From the human T2T-CHM13v2.0 reference genome, Homo sapiens, in the NCBI RefSeq assembly GCF_009914755.1, contig NC_060930.1: DNA of 64,000 nt, one strand, 5' to 3'. A program made the position numbers and the translations under genes. Below are positions 28,694 through 45,699 of this stretch, one piece after another; position 1 is the first letter of the stretch; each line of letters begins with the position of its first letter. The notes beneath the pieces were generated by a model. The model ran no database searches, had not been told where the DNA came from, and was given only the letters and a program-made list of their open reading frames with translations.

Positions 28694-29722
28694 GGAGGGT
28701 GGAGACAAGATGGCCGAATAGGAACAGCTCCAGTCTACAGCTCCCAGTGTGAGTGACGCAGAATATGGGTGATTTCTGCATTTCCAACTGAGGTACTGGG
28801 TTCATCTCACTGGGGAGTATCGGAAAGTGGGTGCAGGACAGTGGGTGCAGTGCACCAAGCATGAGCTGAAGCAGGGCGAGGCATCACCTTACATGGGAAG
28901 TGCAAGGGGTCAGGGAATACCCTTTCCTAGTCAAAGAAAAGGGTGAAAGATGGCACCTGGAAAATCGGGTCACTCCCACCCTAATACTGCACTTTTCCAA
29001 CAGTCTTAGCAAACGGCACACCAGGAGACTATATCCCGCATGTGGCTCGGAGGGTACCACACCCACGGAGCCTTGCTCATTGCTAGCACAGCAGTCTGAG
29101 ATCAAACTGCAAGGTGGCAGCGAGGCTGGGGGAGGGGCGCCCGCCATTGCTGAGGCTTGAGTAGGTAAACAAAGCAGCCAGGAAGCTCGAACCCTGTGGA
29201 GCCCATCGCAGCTCAAGGAGGCCTGCCTGCCTCTATAGACTCCACCTCTGGGGACAGGGCATAGCCAAACAAAAGGCAGCTGAAACCTCTGCAGACTTAA
29301 ATGTCCCTGTCTGACAGCTTTGAAGAGAGTAGTGGTTAACCCAGCACGCAGCTGGAGATCTGAGAACCGGCAGACTGCTTCCTCAAGTGGGCCCCTGACC
29401 CCTGAGTAGCCTAACTGGGAGGCACCCCCCAGTAGGGGCAGACTGACGCCTCACACGGTCGGGTACTCCTCTGAGACAAAACTTCCAGAGGAACAATCAG
29501 GCAGCAACATTTGCTGTTCACTAATATCCACTGTTCTGCAGCATCCGCTGCTGATACCCAGGAAAACAGGGTCTGGAGTGGACCTCCAGTAAACTCCAAC
29601 AGACCTGCAGCTGAGGGTCCTGACTGTTAGAAGGAAAACTAACAAACAGAAAGGACATCCACACCAAAACCCCATCTGTACGTCACCATCATCAAAGACC
29701 AAAGGTAGATAAAACCACAAAG
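28694..29722 (+). promoter_or_regulatory. L1 5'UTR internal sense/antisense promoter
   Basis: Position and sequence match the primate L1 5'UTR; YY1 motif at 28706-28716; many CpGs decayed to TG/CA; activity unknown. Confidence 0.75.
28884..29147 (-). CDS. L1 antisense ORF0-like reading frame, open, 87 aa
   Basis: MAGAPPPASLPPCSLISDCCASN... is the ORF0 N-terminus; ATG in GCAATGG context; open to a stop at 28884. Translation not demonstrated. Confidence 0.5.
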   Translation of the reverse strand: MAGAPPPASLPPCSLISDCCASNEQGSVGVVPSEPHAGYSLLVCRLLRLLEKCSIRVGVTRFSRCHLSPFSLTRKGYSLTPCTSHVR

Positions 29723-30739
29723 ACAGGGAAAAAACAGAGCAGAAAAACTGGAAACTCTAAAAATCAGAGTGCCTCTCCTCCTCCAAAGGAACACAGCTCC
29801 TCACCAGCAATGGAACAAAGCTGGATGGAGAATGAATTTGATGAGTTGAGAGAAGAAGGCCTCAGATGATCAAACTACTCCGAGCTAAAGAAGGAAGTTC
29901 GAGCTCATGGCAAAGAAGTTAAAAACCTTGAAAAAAAATTAGATGAATGGCTAACTAGAATAACCAATGCAGAGAAGTCCTTAAAGGACCTGATGGAGCT
30001 GAAAACCCGGCATGAGAACTATGTGACAAATGCACAAGCCTCAGCAGCCGATTCGATCAACTGGAAGAAAGGGTATCAGTGATGGAAGATCAAATGAATG
30101 AAATGAACTGAGAAGAGAAGTTTAGAGAAAAAAGAAGAAAAAGAAAAGAACAAAGCCTCCAAGAATTATGGGACTATGTGAAAAGACCAAATCTATGTCT
30201 GACTGATGTACCTGAAGGTGAACAGGGAGAATGAAACCAAGTTGGAAAACACTCTGCAGGATATTATCCAGGAGAACTTCCCAAACCTAGCAAGGCAGGC
30301 CAACATTCAAATTCAGGAAATAAAGAGAACGCCACAAAGATACTCCTCGAGAAGAGCAACTCCAAGACACATAATTGTCAGATTCACCAAAGTTGAAATG
30401 AAGGAAAAAAAGTTAAGGGCAGCCAGAGAGAAAGGCCGGGTTACCCACAAAGGGAAGCCTATCAGACTAACAGCTGATCTCTTGACAGAAACTCTATAAG
30501 CCAGAAGAGAGTGGGGACCAATATTCAACATTCTTAAAGAAAAGAATTTTCAACCCAGAATTTCGTATTCAGCCAAACTAAGCTTCATAAGTGAAGGAGA
30601 AATAAAACACTTTACAGACAAGCAAATGCTGAGAGATTTTGTCACCACCAGCCCTGCCTTAAAAGAGCTCCTGAAGGAAGCACTAAACATGGAAAGGAAC
30701 AACCAGTACCAGCCCCTGCAAAAACATGCCAAATTGTAA
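29723..30739 (+). pseudogene. L1 ORF1p (RNA-binding chaperone), disrupted
   Basis: Start codon position reads ACA; internal stops/frameshifts; ORF 30206..30499 gives LENTLQDIIQENFPNLARQANIQIQEI. Confidence 0.93.
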
Positions 30740-30802
30740 AGACCATCAATGCTAGGAAGAAACTGCATTAATTAATGAGCAAAATAACCAGCTAACATCA
30801 TA

Positions 30803-34619
<3,817 letters not shown>

Positions 34620-35880
34620 ACAATGAGAACACATGGACACAGGAAGGGGAACATCACACTCTGGGGCTTGTTGTGGGGTTGGGGGAAGGGTGAGGGATAG
34701 CATTAGGATATATACCTAATGTTAAGTGACGATTTAATGGGTGCAGCGCACCAACATGGCACATGTATACCTATGTAACTAACCTGCACATTGTGCACAT
34801 GTACTCTAAAACTTAAAGTATAATAAAAATAAATAAATAAATAAAACATATTTTATCGAATATTTGCTTATACTGTGCCCTTGCCTGCCACTATTAGATC
34901 ATGTTATAACCAAATGCTCATGGCAACTTTTCACAGAGAGCCTAGATGAAGAAAGGTATTTCGGGGAAAAAGAGAGTGACAGAGAATAAATTTTGGATTA
35001 TCAGATGTAGCTAATTACAGTCCTATATTTATTTTGTATTTGAGACCAGATATCTCATTACTTCCTTGTCCTTAACTTGTAACCTAAGGCTCTAATTTTA
35101 TTTTTCTTCAGCTGAAAGTTGTCCTTTTTCAACTTACTGCTCACACAAAAAGTGGTGTGTTTTTTAACTTGTAAACATTCACTCAAGGAGAAAGTATTCT
35201 ATTGTGAGAGGTGAGCAATTCAGAGGCTAATGTGAGATGCACATTTTGCTGATACTAGTTCAAGGCTGTCATGGCCTCCCGAGGCCCATCCCATGTGGTG
35301 GTAATTAACTTTTAATGTAAGCCTGGAGGGCAAAACACTTAAGAGTTATCCAGTTTTCTCCAATAGAATGAATAGGTAAATGCTAACATATGTTTATCAA
35401 TAGCCGATGTATTTAGAATAGGTAAGTATTATTCCAAGAAGAAAAATCTCGATTTTCAATTATGTCTGTTCTATTTCTCATACTCCAGTATTATAAAAAA
35501 TTGAGTGGCTAATTTTCAGAAATATGTAGTGAGTTCATAGAATATTAGAGATTAGATGGGTTAAAGCAAGTACAAGTCACACCTGCCTGCCGCAACTCTC
35601 ATTTTTATGTTCATCTTTGACTGGTATTGCTAATTCATTAAATAATTTTATGTTAAAAGCCTTTTTAATACAGCATTGAAAGTAGAAACCCACACTCAAT
35701 GCAAAAATGTGTTATGTTGGCATTAGACCATACATTTTCTGATTACAGGCAGCATGGCTTCCTTGCTTCATTTATCGGTTTGTCCCCAAACCATCATGTT
35801 CTTATGTTCACCTCATTAAAGGTGCTCAGTAATATGTTCAAACCAATAAGAGAAGAGAGATCTAAAGAAGCATTTTCCGT

Positions 35881-35884
<4 letters not shown>

Positions 35885-35921
<37 letters not shown>
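35885..35921. repeat. (TG)18 microsatellite
   Basis: Perfect run. Confidence 0.98.
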
Positions 35922-35923
<2 letters not shown>

Positions 35924-37106
35924 CAGTTTAAGAAACTAGCCTTTGTATATTAATGTCCTCAAAAATTGGAGGTAATTCAGGGATTCAGTCTTCTACTCAA
36001 TTAAGTGAATTAAATGTTCATCCTAAGACATCCCTTGTAAATTTAAATTTTGCCACATTCAGTTACGAAAACATTTCTACTTTATTTACTGATAAAGCTT
36101 ACAATTTTTAAAAGTTTACTATTATCTGTGTTTTTACTTTCTACATCATATATTACTAATACGATGTAACTTTGTATACATGCATGGGAATAAATATATA
36201 TTACTTAATGACTAAAATTTTTGAACTTTCTGATATTTATGACTAAACAATGTAATAGTAATTTCTGTACATCTAATATATGGCTTACTTGAGATATCCA
36301 GCCAAATATTATGTCACATAAATTGTTAACCTGCATGAAACAATCAATAATTAAAATTGAACCCAGTTTTAAGCAGTTTTCACAGGATAGTGTCTAGGGA
36401 CCATTAAAAAAAAATGAGTGGCTGAACTCCCTGCTCAATTCAACCCTTGAAATGTACAAAGCTAGTGAGTGCTACATGAATGGAAAGTCTAGATATATAA
36501 ATGACTATGCAAGGATGCCCCAAATCTGCTAGGACATTCTGGAATGGCCAACTGCTATTCCATTTGTCACACTCAATGACACTTCTTACAAGTTCTTGAA
36601 GGGTCTGTGTATACTCCATAGGGGGTATAAATGTACTCTTTGCCAGAAGCCAGCTACCTTAGCTCTAGGACAAGAACTTAAGGTCTGCTTCCTTTTGTTG
36701 AAAAGGCACAGACATGGAGTTACTCCTCTAAGCTTAGAGGCGAAAAGAAACCCTGCAGAATAACCAGCTCTCCAGCTAAAATGTTACAATCTGTATAAGG
36801 AAAACTATTATGCATGAGTACTCACATAGTAATTTTATAGATGTTTTCAATAAATAATGACTTTAAAAAAATATGATTACATCAGAAAACTCCAGTGAAG
36901 CGATAACAAATGCATAATTCAAACTCACGTTTCTCAATCCTAAATCTTGATCTTTCCATTGAGAGACTTGAAGCCCAGTAGATAAGATGGGGAAAAAGTA
37001 ATTGGTCAGAAATAAAACTAATAATAAAATGAAATATTGCAACTTATATTTCAGACTATATATAGGAAATAAGTAGATCTAAAAATCATTAAAAATAGTT
37101 TTACAC

Positions 37107-37522
<416 letters not shown>

Positions 37523-39791
37523 CTACGATATCAGAAGGTAATATGGTTTATACAACCTTGAGAAGACGCAATTAGCATTAATGTTCTTATCAAGAAGGCA
37601 TTATTGGATACCAAACGAGGTACTTTAAGATACCAGAGACTATGGGAAGGGGTTCAAGATGGCTGACTAGAGAGATCAGATGCAATGCTCCCTAGAAAGA
37701 ATAAAAATTATGAAATAAAAATATTTCCTCTAACAGAATAACAAGGAGATAATACTAGAACCCAACAGAGAACTCATGGGAAAAACCTGAGACACAGAAC
37801 AAGAAGGAGGCGAGAGGCCAACTTGACTGACCCAGATCAGCTAGGAGCCCAGAGGGACTGGGTATTACATATGAAGGGCAAGTGGGATTGTTTTGGCTGC
37901 CCTCATCCCTGCTGTAGACTACCATCGTCAAAACTGTAGGAGAGCTCCTCTGTACCAACAAATCCTGGCATTAGCATGGGTGGTGATTTGGAGGCCCCTT
38001 GAGAGCACTACATCAGACTGCAAACTCACACTGGGTCACTCACAGTCCCACTAGACTAGAGCAGGTGCAGAGAACATTATTGTGAAGATATAGTCATCAG
38101 GAAATTTTATCCTGCCCTGGGAACCTCTGCCCTTTTGTCTTCACATCCTGGGGGCAATCACTCACTAACATTCCCCAGAACTTGCTTAGAGGGCTGCAGC
38201 AACACAGAAATATCTGGACACAAAGGAGCTGCAGGCTTCCCAGTATATTCCCCAGAGAGTCCTATTCCCAGGGGAAAAGAGAGTGCAGTGTGCCAAGGGA
38301 GCAGCCCCTGGAACAAAAAGGAAACCAACGCACATGCTTACCAGAGCCCCAAAACTCCCTGCTTGGGGCTGAGAGGGGTGGACTTTCATCAGGGACAAGA
38401 ACTTTATGCTCCACTCTGCAAATAAGCAAATCCTCTCCCACAGCTTGAGTGGTGTCTGCTCAAGCCCAGGTGTAGAAAGGGAAATTTCTCCTCCCCTTCC
38501 ACACATTACTGCAGACAAAGCTGCTACTGCTGCCGTGGAAAATTTTTGTGGGCAGCCAGAGGGTTGTCTCTCCTGGGTTGTGAGTGATGACTGTAACCCT
38601 GCTAATGATATGGCCTCTAGTTTGGGCTTACATGAAGGGCAGTTTCTCTCCCTCTCTGCACAGAACTGCGGGGTTGCTGACACAGACAGCAGAAGAGTAA
38701 GAGATGTTTGTGTTTGGGGATGTAGGGCAAAACTGCACCACAGCCACCACCAGATGGCTCAGAGGCTTGGAGTTGAGCTTGGAGTTGAGCTGCTGGGAAG
38801 GCATCTCCTATGTCATCCCTCACCCATGTGCACAAGTGCACAGTGCTTAGGAAGGAGACAAGCTTCCAGCAACCTCTGCTACCACCATTGACTACACAAC
38901 CTCAGCTTCTCAGGAAGCAGTGAGCTTGCTCACCCACCCAGTACACCACTACTATAACTGGCCACTATAACCACTACTATAACTGAGAAAGATTTCACAC
39001 TAGGCCATTTATAACAAAGAAAATCGTACAGAGTCTTTGGTACTGAATGCAATCAGAGGCAAATCCAAACAGCCCTAGTCAATATACATCACAAACACTT
39101 CTCGAGAGAGAGAGAAAAATAAAACAGTCCCACCCTAATGAGAGTAAAATCAAAAATAAGAAGAAGCAACTGTTTCCCAGATGAGAAGAAAGCAGCACAA
39201 TAATTCTGGAAGCATGACAAAGCATAGGGTTATGACATCTCCAAACAAATATAGTATTCTCTAGCAATAGATCCTAACCAGAAATAAATATTTGAAATGA
39301 CAGATAAAAATTTCAAACTATAGATTTTAAATAGGCTCAATGAGCTATAAGAAAATTTTGAAAACCAATACAAGAAATCAATAGATATGCTTTTAATGCC
39401 TAAGGCTGAATTACAAAGAAAAAGAAATTAAAAAATCAATTCAAGCTATGAATGAGCAATTTACCAAGGAAATATATCTTTTTAAAAAAATAGAACTTCT
39501 AGAAGTGAAAAATTCATTGAAGGAATTACAAAGTAAAGTTGAAAGCTTCAAAAATCAACTAGACCAAGCAGAAGAGAGAATCTCAGAACTTAGAGACAGG
39601 TCTTTTGAATTAATCTAGCCAGAAAATAAAAAGAAAAAAATTAAAGAATGAATAAAGTCTTCAAGAAATATGGGATTACATAAAATGAAGAAATTTATAA
39701 ATCACTGGTATTGCTGAGGAAGAAGCAAATGCAAAAAAGCTTGGAAAACCTATTTACATAAATAATTGGTAAAAAAAATTTTCTAGTCTTG

Positions 39792-40339
39792 TGTGATTGT
39801 TAATATTGAATGTTAATTTGATTGGATTGAAGGATGCAAAGTGTTGTTCCTGAGTGTGGCTGTGACAGTATTGCCAAAGGAGGTTAACATTTGAGTCAGT
39901 GGACTAGGAGAGGCAGACCCACCCTCAATCTGGGTGGGCACCATCTAATCAGCTGCCAGCATGGCTAGGATAAAAGCAAGAAGAGAAATGTGGAAGGACT
40001 AGACTGGTTAAGTCTTCTGGCCTCCATCTTTTTTCCGTGCAGGATGCTTCCTGCCCTCAAACATCAGGCTCCAAGTTCTTCAGCCTTTGTCTCTTGGACC
40101 TATACCATTGTTTTACCATGGGCTCTCAGGCCTTCAGCCACAGACTAAAGGCTCCACTGCAAGCTTCCCTACTTTTGAAGTTTTGTGACTCGGACTGGCT
40201 TTCTTGCTCCACAGCTTGCAGGTGGCCTATTGTGGGACTTCATCTTGTGATCGTTTGAGTCAATATTCCATAATAAACTCCTTTTCATATATACATCTAT
40301 CCTATTAGTACTGTCCCTCTAGAGAACGCTGACTAAACA
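39792..40339 (+). mobile_element. MLT2A2 solo LTR (HERV-L) inserted in L1 ORF1
   Basis: TGTGATTGTTAAT...GACTAAACA, 548 bp long form with the extra GGGCTCTCAGGCCTTCAGCCACAGACT block; perfect TSD TCTTG at 39787-39791 / 40340-40344. Confidence 0.95.
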
Positions 40340-41565
40340 TCTTGCAAGATAATTCGTTACAAAAGACCCAGAAAGCACCAGAAGAAACATTGTAAGACAG
40401 ACTTTACCATGACACACAGTCATTAGACTCTCTGAAGTCAATGTGAAGGGGGAAAAAAATTCTAAAACCGGCACAAGAGAAGTATCTAGTCACCTACAAA
40501 TAAAAACCCATCAGACCAACAGTGAACTTCCCAGCAGAAACTTTACAAGCTAGGGGAACAGGAATTCAATTTTCAGAGTTCTTAAAGAAAAAATATCTAT
40601 CAAGCGTAAGTTTTATACACTGCTAGAATAAGTTTATAAATGAGATAGAAAAAAGTATTTACTAGAGAAGCAAATGCTGAGGAAATATGTCATTACTAGA
40701 CCAGTTCTACAGGAAATGCTCAGAGAGTTCTAAGGTTGATATTCATTATCATACAAATACATGAAAGTATAAAAACTCACAGGTGTTATAAAACAATTAC
40801 ACAAAGGAGGAAATGAAAGAAATTAAATGGCAACACCTCCACCAAACAACAAAGACAGAGGGAAAAATTAAGAAACAAAAAATCTACAAACAGGTAGATA
40901 AAAATTAACATTATGACAGGAATGAAACTTCACATGTCAATATTAATTTAAACATAAATGGAATAAATGTTCCACTTAAAAGAAATAGGTAGAAAAATTT
41001 TTGAGATGAACCAACCATCTGCTTCTTACAAGAAACTCACCTTACTAGTACAGACATTTATATTATAGACTGAAGGAACAGAGGTAAAAATGAATATTCC
41101 ATGCAAATGAGAGTCAAAAGAGGGCAGAATTAGTTATTCTTATATCAAATAAAACAAACTTCAAATCAAAAACAGTAAAAAATACACAAAAGGATATCAT
41201 GTAAGAATAAATGAAACAATAAAACAGAGGATACAATATAGACAGCAATACAAAATAATGAAACAAAAGATCACTGGACTTAAGTAAGGCTTTGGGCCAA
41301 ATGCACTTAGCAAACAGACATTTAAATGACATTCTACTGGACAACAACAGAATGTAAATACATCTCATCAACACATGGAACATTCTCCAAGATAGGCCAT
41401 GTATTAGGGCACAAAACTGGCTTCAATGCATTTTAAAAACTTGAAATCATACCAAATATCTTGTCAGACCATAGCAGAATAAAACTAGAAAATGATACAA
41501 AAGGGCATTTCTCAAAACTATGCAAATACATGGAAATGAAACAAAACACTCCTGAACAATTTTTG

Positions 41566-43172
41566 GGAAGTGGCTCAAATGCTCATGGTCTCCCACTCCT
41601 GCTACCCTGCCTTCTGTCTCCCAACCTGCACTGATGGCCTCCTGGGGAGTTCACTATGAGTAGTTGACAGAGGAAGAGAAGACTAGGGCCTGGTGCACAG
41701 ATGGCTCTGCACGATAGGCAGGCACCACCCAAAAGTGGACAGCTGCAGCACTACAGCCCCTTTCTAGGACATCCCTGAAGGACAGAAGTGAAAGGAAATC
41801 TTCCCATTGGGCAGAACTTTGAGCAGTTCACCTAGTTGTGCACTCTGCATGGGAGGAGAAATGGCCGGATGTGCAATGATATACTGATGCATGGGCTGTA
41901 GCCAATGGTTTGGCTGGATGTCAGGGACTTGGAATAAGCATGACTGGAAAATTGGTAACAAAGATATTTGGGGAAAAGGTATGTGGATGGACCTCTCTGA
42001 GTGATCAAAAACTGTGAAGATATTTGTATCTCATATGAGTACTCCCCAACCACCCCTGTCACCCAGTGGGCCCATGAACAAAGTGGCCATGGTGGCAGGG
42101 ATGGAGGTTATACATGGGCTCAGTAATGTGGACTTCTACTCACCAAGGCTGACCTGGCTACAGACATTGTTGAGTGCCCAATTTGCCAGCAACACAGACC
42201 AACACTGAGCCCTCAATGTGGCACCATTTCTCGGAGTCATCAGCCAGCCACTTGGTGGCAGGTTGATTATATCAGACCTCTTCCATCATGAAAAGGGCAG
42301 CGGTTTGTCCTTACTAGAGTAGACACTTATTCCAGATATGGGTTCGCCTATGCTGCACAGAATACTTCTGCCAACACTACTATCTGTGGACTCACAGAAT
42401 GCCTTATCCACCATCATGGTATTCCATACAGCATTGCCTCTGACCAAGGCACTCACTTTACAGTTAAAGAAGTGCAGCAGTGGGCTCATGCTCATGGAAT
42501 CCACTGTTCTTACCATGTTCCCAGTCATCCTGAAGCAGCTGAATTGATAGAATAGTGGAATGACCATTTGAAGTCACAATTACAATGCCAACTAAGTGAC
42601 AATACTTTGCAGGGCTGGGGCAAAGTTCTCCAGAAAGCTGTGTATGCTCTGAATCGCATCCAGTATGTGACACTGTTTCTCCCATAACCAGGATTCATGG
42701 GTCCAGGAATCAAGGGTGGAAATGGAAGTGGTACCACTCACCATCACCCTATGACCCACTAGCCAAATTTTTGCTTACCGTTCCATGACATTATGTTCTG
42801 CAGGCCTAGAGGTCTCAGTTCCAGAGAGAGGAGAACTGCCACCAGGAGACACAACAATGGTTCTATTAAACAAGAAGTTAAGATTGCCACCTGGACACTT
42901 AGAGCTCCTCCTACCTTTAAGGCAGCAGGCTATAAAGGGAGTTACAGCGTTGGCTGGGGTGATTGATCCTGCCTATCAAGATGAAATCAGTCTACTACTC
43001 CACAACAGAGGTAAAAAAGAGTATGCATGGAATACAGGAGATTCATTAGGGTGTCTCTTAGTTTTACCATGCCCTGTGGTTAAGGTCAATGGGAAAGTAC
43101 AACAACCCAATCCAGGCAGGACTACAAATGACCCAGATCCTTCAGGAATGAAGTTTTGGGTCACTCCACTTA

Positions 43173-43204
<32 letters not shown>

Positions 43205-43628
43205 AACAGGACCTGCTTGCTGAAAGCAAAGGAATAAAAAATAAGTAGTAGAAGAAGGTAGTCATCAATACCAGCTATGACGACCACGTGACCAGTTGCA
43301 GAAACGAGGACTATAGCCGTCACGAGTATTTTCTCCTTCTTTTGTTAAAACCATGTCTGTGCATGTATACACTTGTACTAAGAAAATATCTTCATTCTAT
43401 TTCCTTTTCTTCCTTTATCATGTGACATAAGATTTATTGACTTCATATCAGCCTATAAGTGTGGTTAATTTTATGTAATAGTATTTGGGTTGGGGATTGG
43501 CATGTTTCCGGTTGTATGAATTGATAGTTGTATTATGTGGGCATAATTATGACTTTATTAGTGTCTTTATTTGAAGATTATGTATGATTTCAAGAGATGG
43601 GTATGTTCAAGTTGACAAGGAGTGGACT
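41566..43628 (+). mobile_element. HERV-L internal region, 3' half only (RNase H, integrase, dUTPase, PPT), decayed
   Basis: RNase H TDGSA..GTTQKWTAAALQP; integrase HEQSGH..CPIC, WQVDY, ASDQG, LIE; dUTPase ORF; purine-rich CAAGGAGTGGAC before the LTR. Confidence 0.93.
42785..43237 (+). pseudogene. HERV-L dUTPase-like reading frame (150 aa, open)
   Basis: AGLEV, LRLPPGH, GVIDPAYQDEI and GDSLGCLLVLP correspond to dUTPase motifs; located after integrase as in ERV-L; C-terminus runs into an (AAAAC)n repeat. Confidence 0.8.
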
Positions 43629-44074
43629 CGTGATGATTAACACTGAGTGTCAACTTGATCGGATTGAAGGATGCACAGTATTGTTCCTGCATGTGCCTGT
43701 AAGTGTGTTGCCAAAGGAAATTAACATTTGAATCAGTGGAATGGGAAAGCAGACCCACCATCAATCTGGATGGGCACAACCTAATCAGCTGCCAATGTGC
43801 CCAGAATAAAAAGCAAGCAGAAGAACATGAGGAGATTACACTGGCTTAGCCTGCTTGCCTACATCTTTCTCCTGTGTGGGATGCTTCCTGCCCTCGAACA
43901 GTGGACTCCACATTCTTCAGCTTTGGGACTCAGACTGGCTTCCTTGCTCCTCAGTTTGCAGATGGCCTATTGTGGGACCTTGTGATCTGTGAGTTAATAC
44001 TCCTTAATAAATTCCTCTTTATATATACATCTATTCTATTAGTTCTGTCCCTCTAGAGAACCCTCAGTAATACA
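43629..44074 (+). mobile_element. MLT2A1 3' LTR of the HERV-L provirus
   Basis: CGTGATGATTAACACTGAGTGTCAACTTGA...CCCTCAGTAATACA; L1 ORF2 (LPKAIY) resumes at 44075. Confidence 0.93.
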
Positions 44075-45699
44075 CTGCCCAAAGCAATCTACATATTCAA
44101 TGCAATTCCCATTTAAGTACTGACATCATTTTTCACAGAATTAGAAATCATAATCCTAAAATTAATATGGAACCAAATAAAGAGCCTCAATAGCCAAAAC
44201 AATCCTAAGCAAAAAGAACAAATCTGGAGCCATTACATTACTGGACTTCAAATTATACCACAAAACAGCATAGTACTGGTATAAAAGTAGGAACATAGGC
44301 CAATAGAAAATAATAGATTCCAGAAATAAAGCCAAATACATACAGCCAACTAATCTTCAACAAAACATACAAAAACATAAATGGGGATTGGACACATTAT
44401 TTAATAAATGGTTCTGGGAAAACTGGCAAGCCACATGTAGAAGAATAAAACTCGATTCCTATCTCTCACCTTATACAAAAATCAACAAAGATGGATTAAA
44501 GACTTGAATATAAGGCTTGAAACCATAAAAATTCTAGAAGACAAAATTGAAAAAATTCATCTTGATAATGGTCTAGGCAAATAATTCATGACTAAGACCC
44601 CAAATGCGACAAAAACAAAAATAAATAAACAGGACCTAATCAACCTAAAAGCTTCTGCACAGCAAAAGAAATAATAATTAGTGTAAACTGAGAACCCACA
44701 GATTAGGAGACAATATTTGCAAACTACACATCTGACAAAAAATATAGTACCCAGGATCTACAAGGAACTCAAACAAATCAGCAAGAAAAAAAATTCCATC
44801 ATAAAGTGGGAAATAGACATGAATAGACATTTCTCAAAAGAAGATATACAAAAATAAATGATCAGCAAACATGAACAAATGCTCAACGTCACTAATCATC
44901 AGGGAAATGCAAATTAAAACCCCAGTGGAATCATGCCACCTTACTCCAGCAAGAATGACCATTATTAAGAAGTCAAAAAACAATAAATATTAGCATGGAT
45001 GTGGGGAAAAGGGAATGCTTACACACTATTAATGGTAATGTAAATTAGTATTTACATTAGTATTTACATTAGTATTCCATAGTATAACCTCTATGGAAAA
45101 ACCGTATGGAAATTCCTTAAAGAGCTAAAAGTAGACCTAGCATTCGAGCCAGAAATCCCACTACTGGGTATCTACCAATGAAGAGAAGTCGTTGTATGGG
45201 AAAGACACTTGGGAATACATGTTTATAGCACCACAATTCACAGTTGCAAAGACGGGGAAGCAACCTAAGTGCCCATCAACTAATGAGTGGATAAAGAAAA
45301 TGTGGCATTTGTACACCATGGAATACTACTCAGCCATTAAAAGGAATAAAATAATGTCTTTGCAGCGACTTGAATGGAGCTGGAGGACATTATTCTAAGT
45401 GAGTTAACATAGGAGTGGAAAACCAAAAACCGTATGTTCTCACTTATAAGTGGGAGCTAAGCTATGAGTAAGCGAAGGCATACAGAGTGACATAATGGAC
45501 TTTAGAGACTTGGATGAGGGAGGGTGGAAGGAAGGCTAGGGATTAAAAACACATTAGGTACAATTTACACTCCTTGGGTGACAAGTGCACTAAAATCTCA
45601 TAATTCACCACTATATAATTCATGCAGCGAAAAATCACTTGTACCTCTAAAACTATTTAAATAAAAATTTTAAAAATGAAATAATAAAAAAAAGGATCA

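Larger units (their letters stand above)
37644..45692 (+). mobile_element. L1PB4-like LINE-1, originally full length (5'UTR, ORF1 from about 39181, ORF2 from about 40913, 3'UTR), interrupted by two HERV-L insertions
   Basis: CAAGATGGCTGACTAGA start; ATGAGAAGAAAGCAGCAC ORF1; ATGACAGGAATG ORF2; 3' end GGCATACAGAGTG..GGACTTTAGAGACT..GTGCACTAAAATCTCA..TTCACCACTATA. No TSD recognised. Confidence 0.85.

Noticed and set aside
38135-38891. Overlapping 161-aa and 165-aa ORFs on opposite strands
   Set aside because: Within the relatively GC-rich 5'UTR of the L1PB element, where stops are rarer; no domain recognised.
39792-44074. MLT2A2 and MLT2A1 as the paired 5' and 3' LTRs of one provirus that captured L1 sequence
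   Set aside because: The first LTR has its own perfect TCTTG TSD, belongs to a different length class, and L1 ORF1 continues in register across it.
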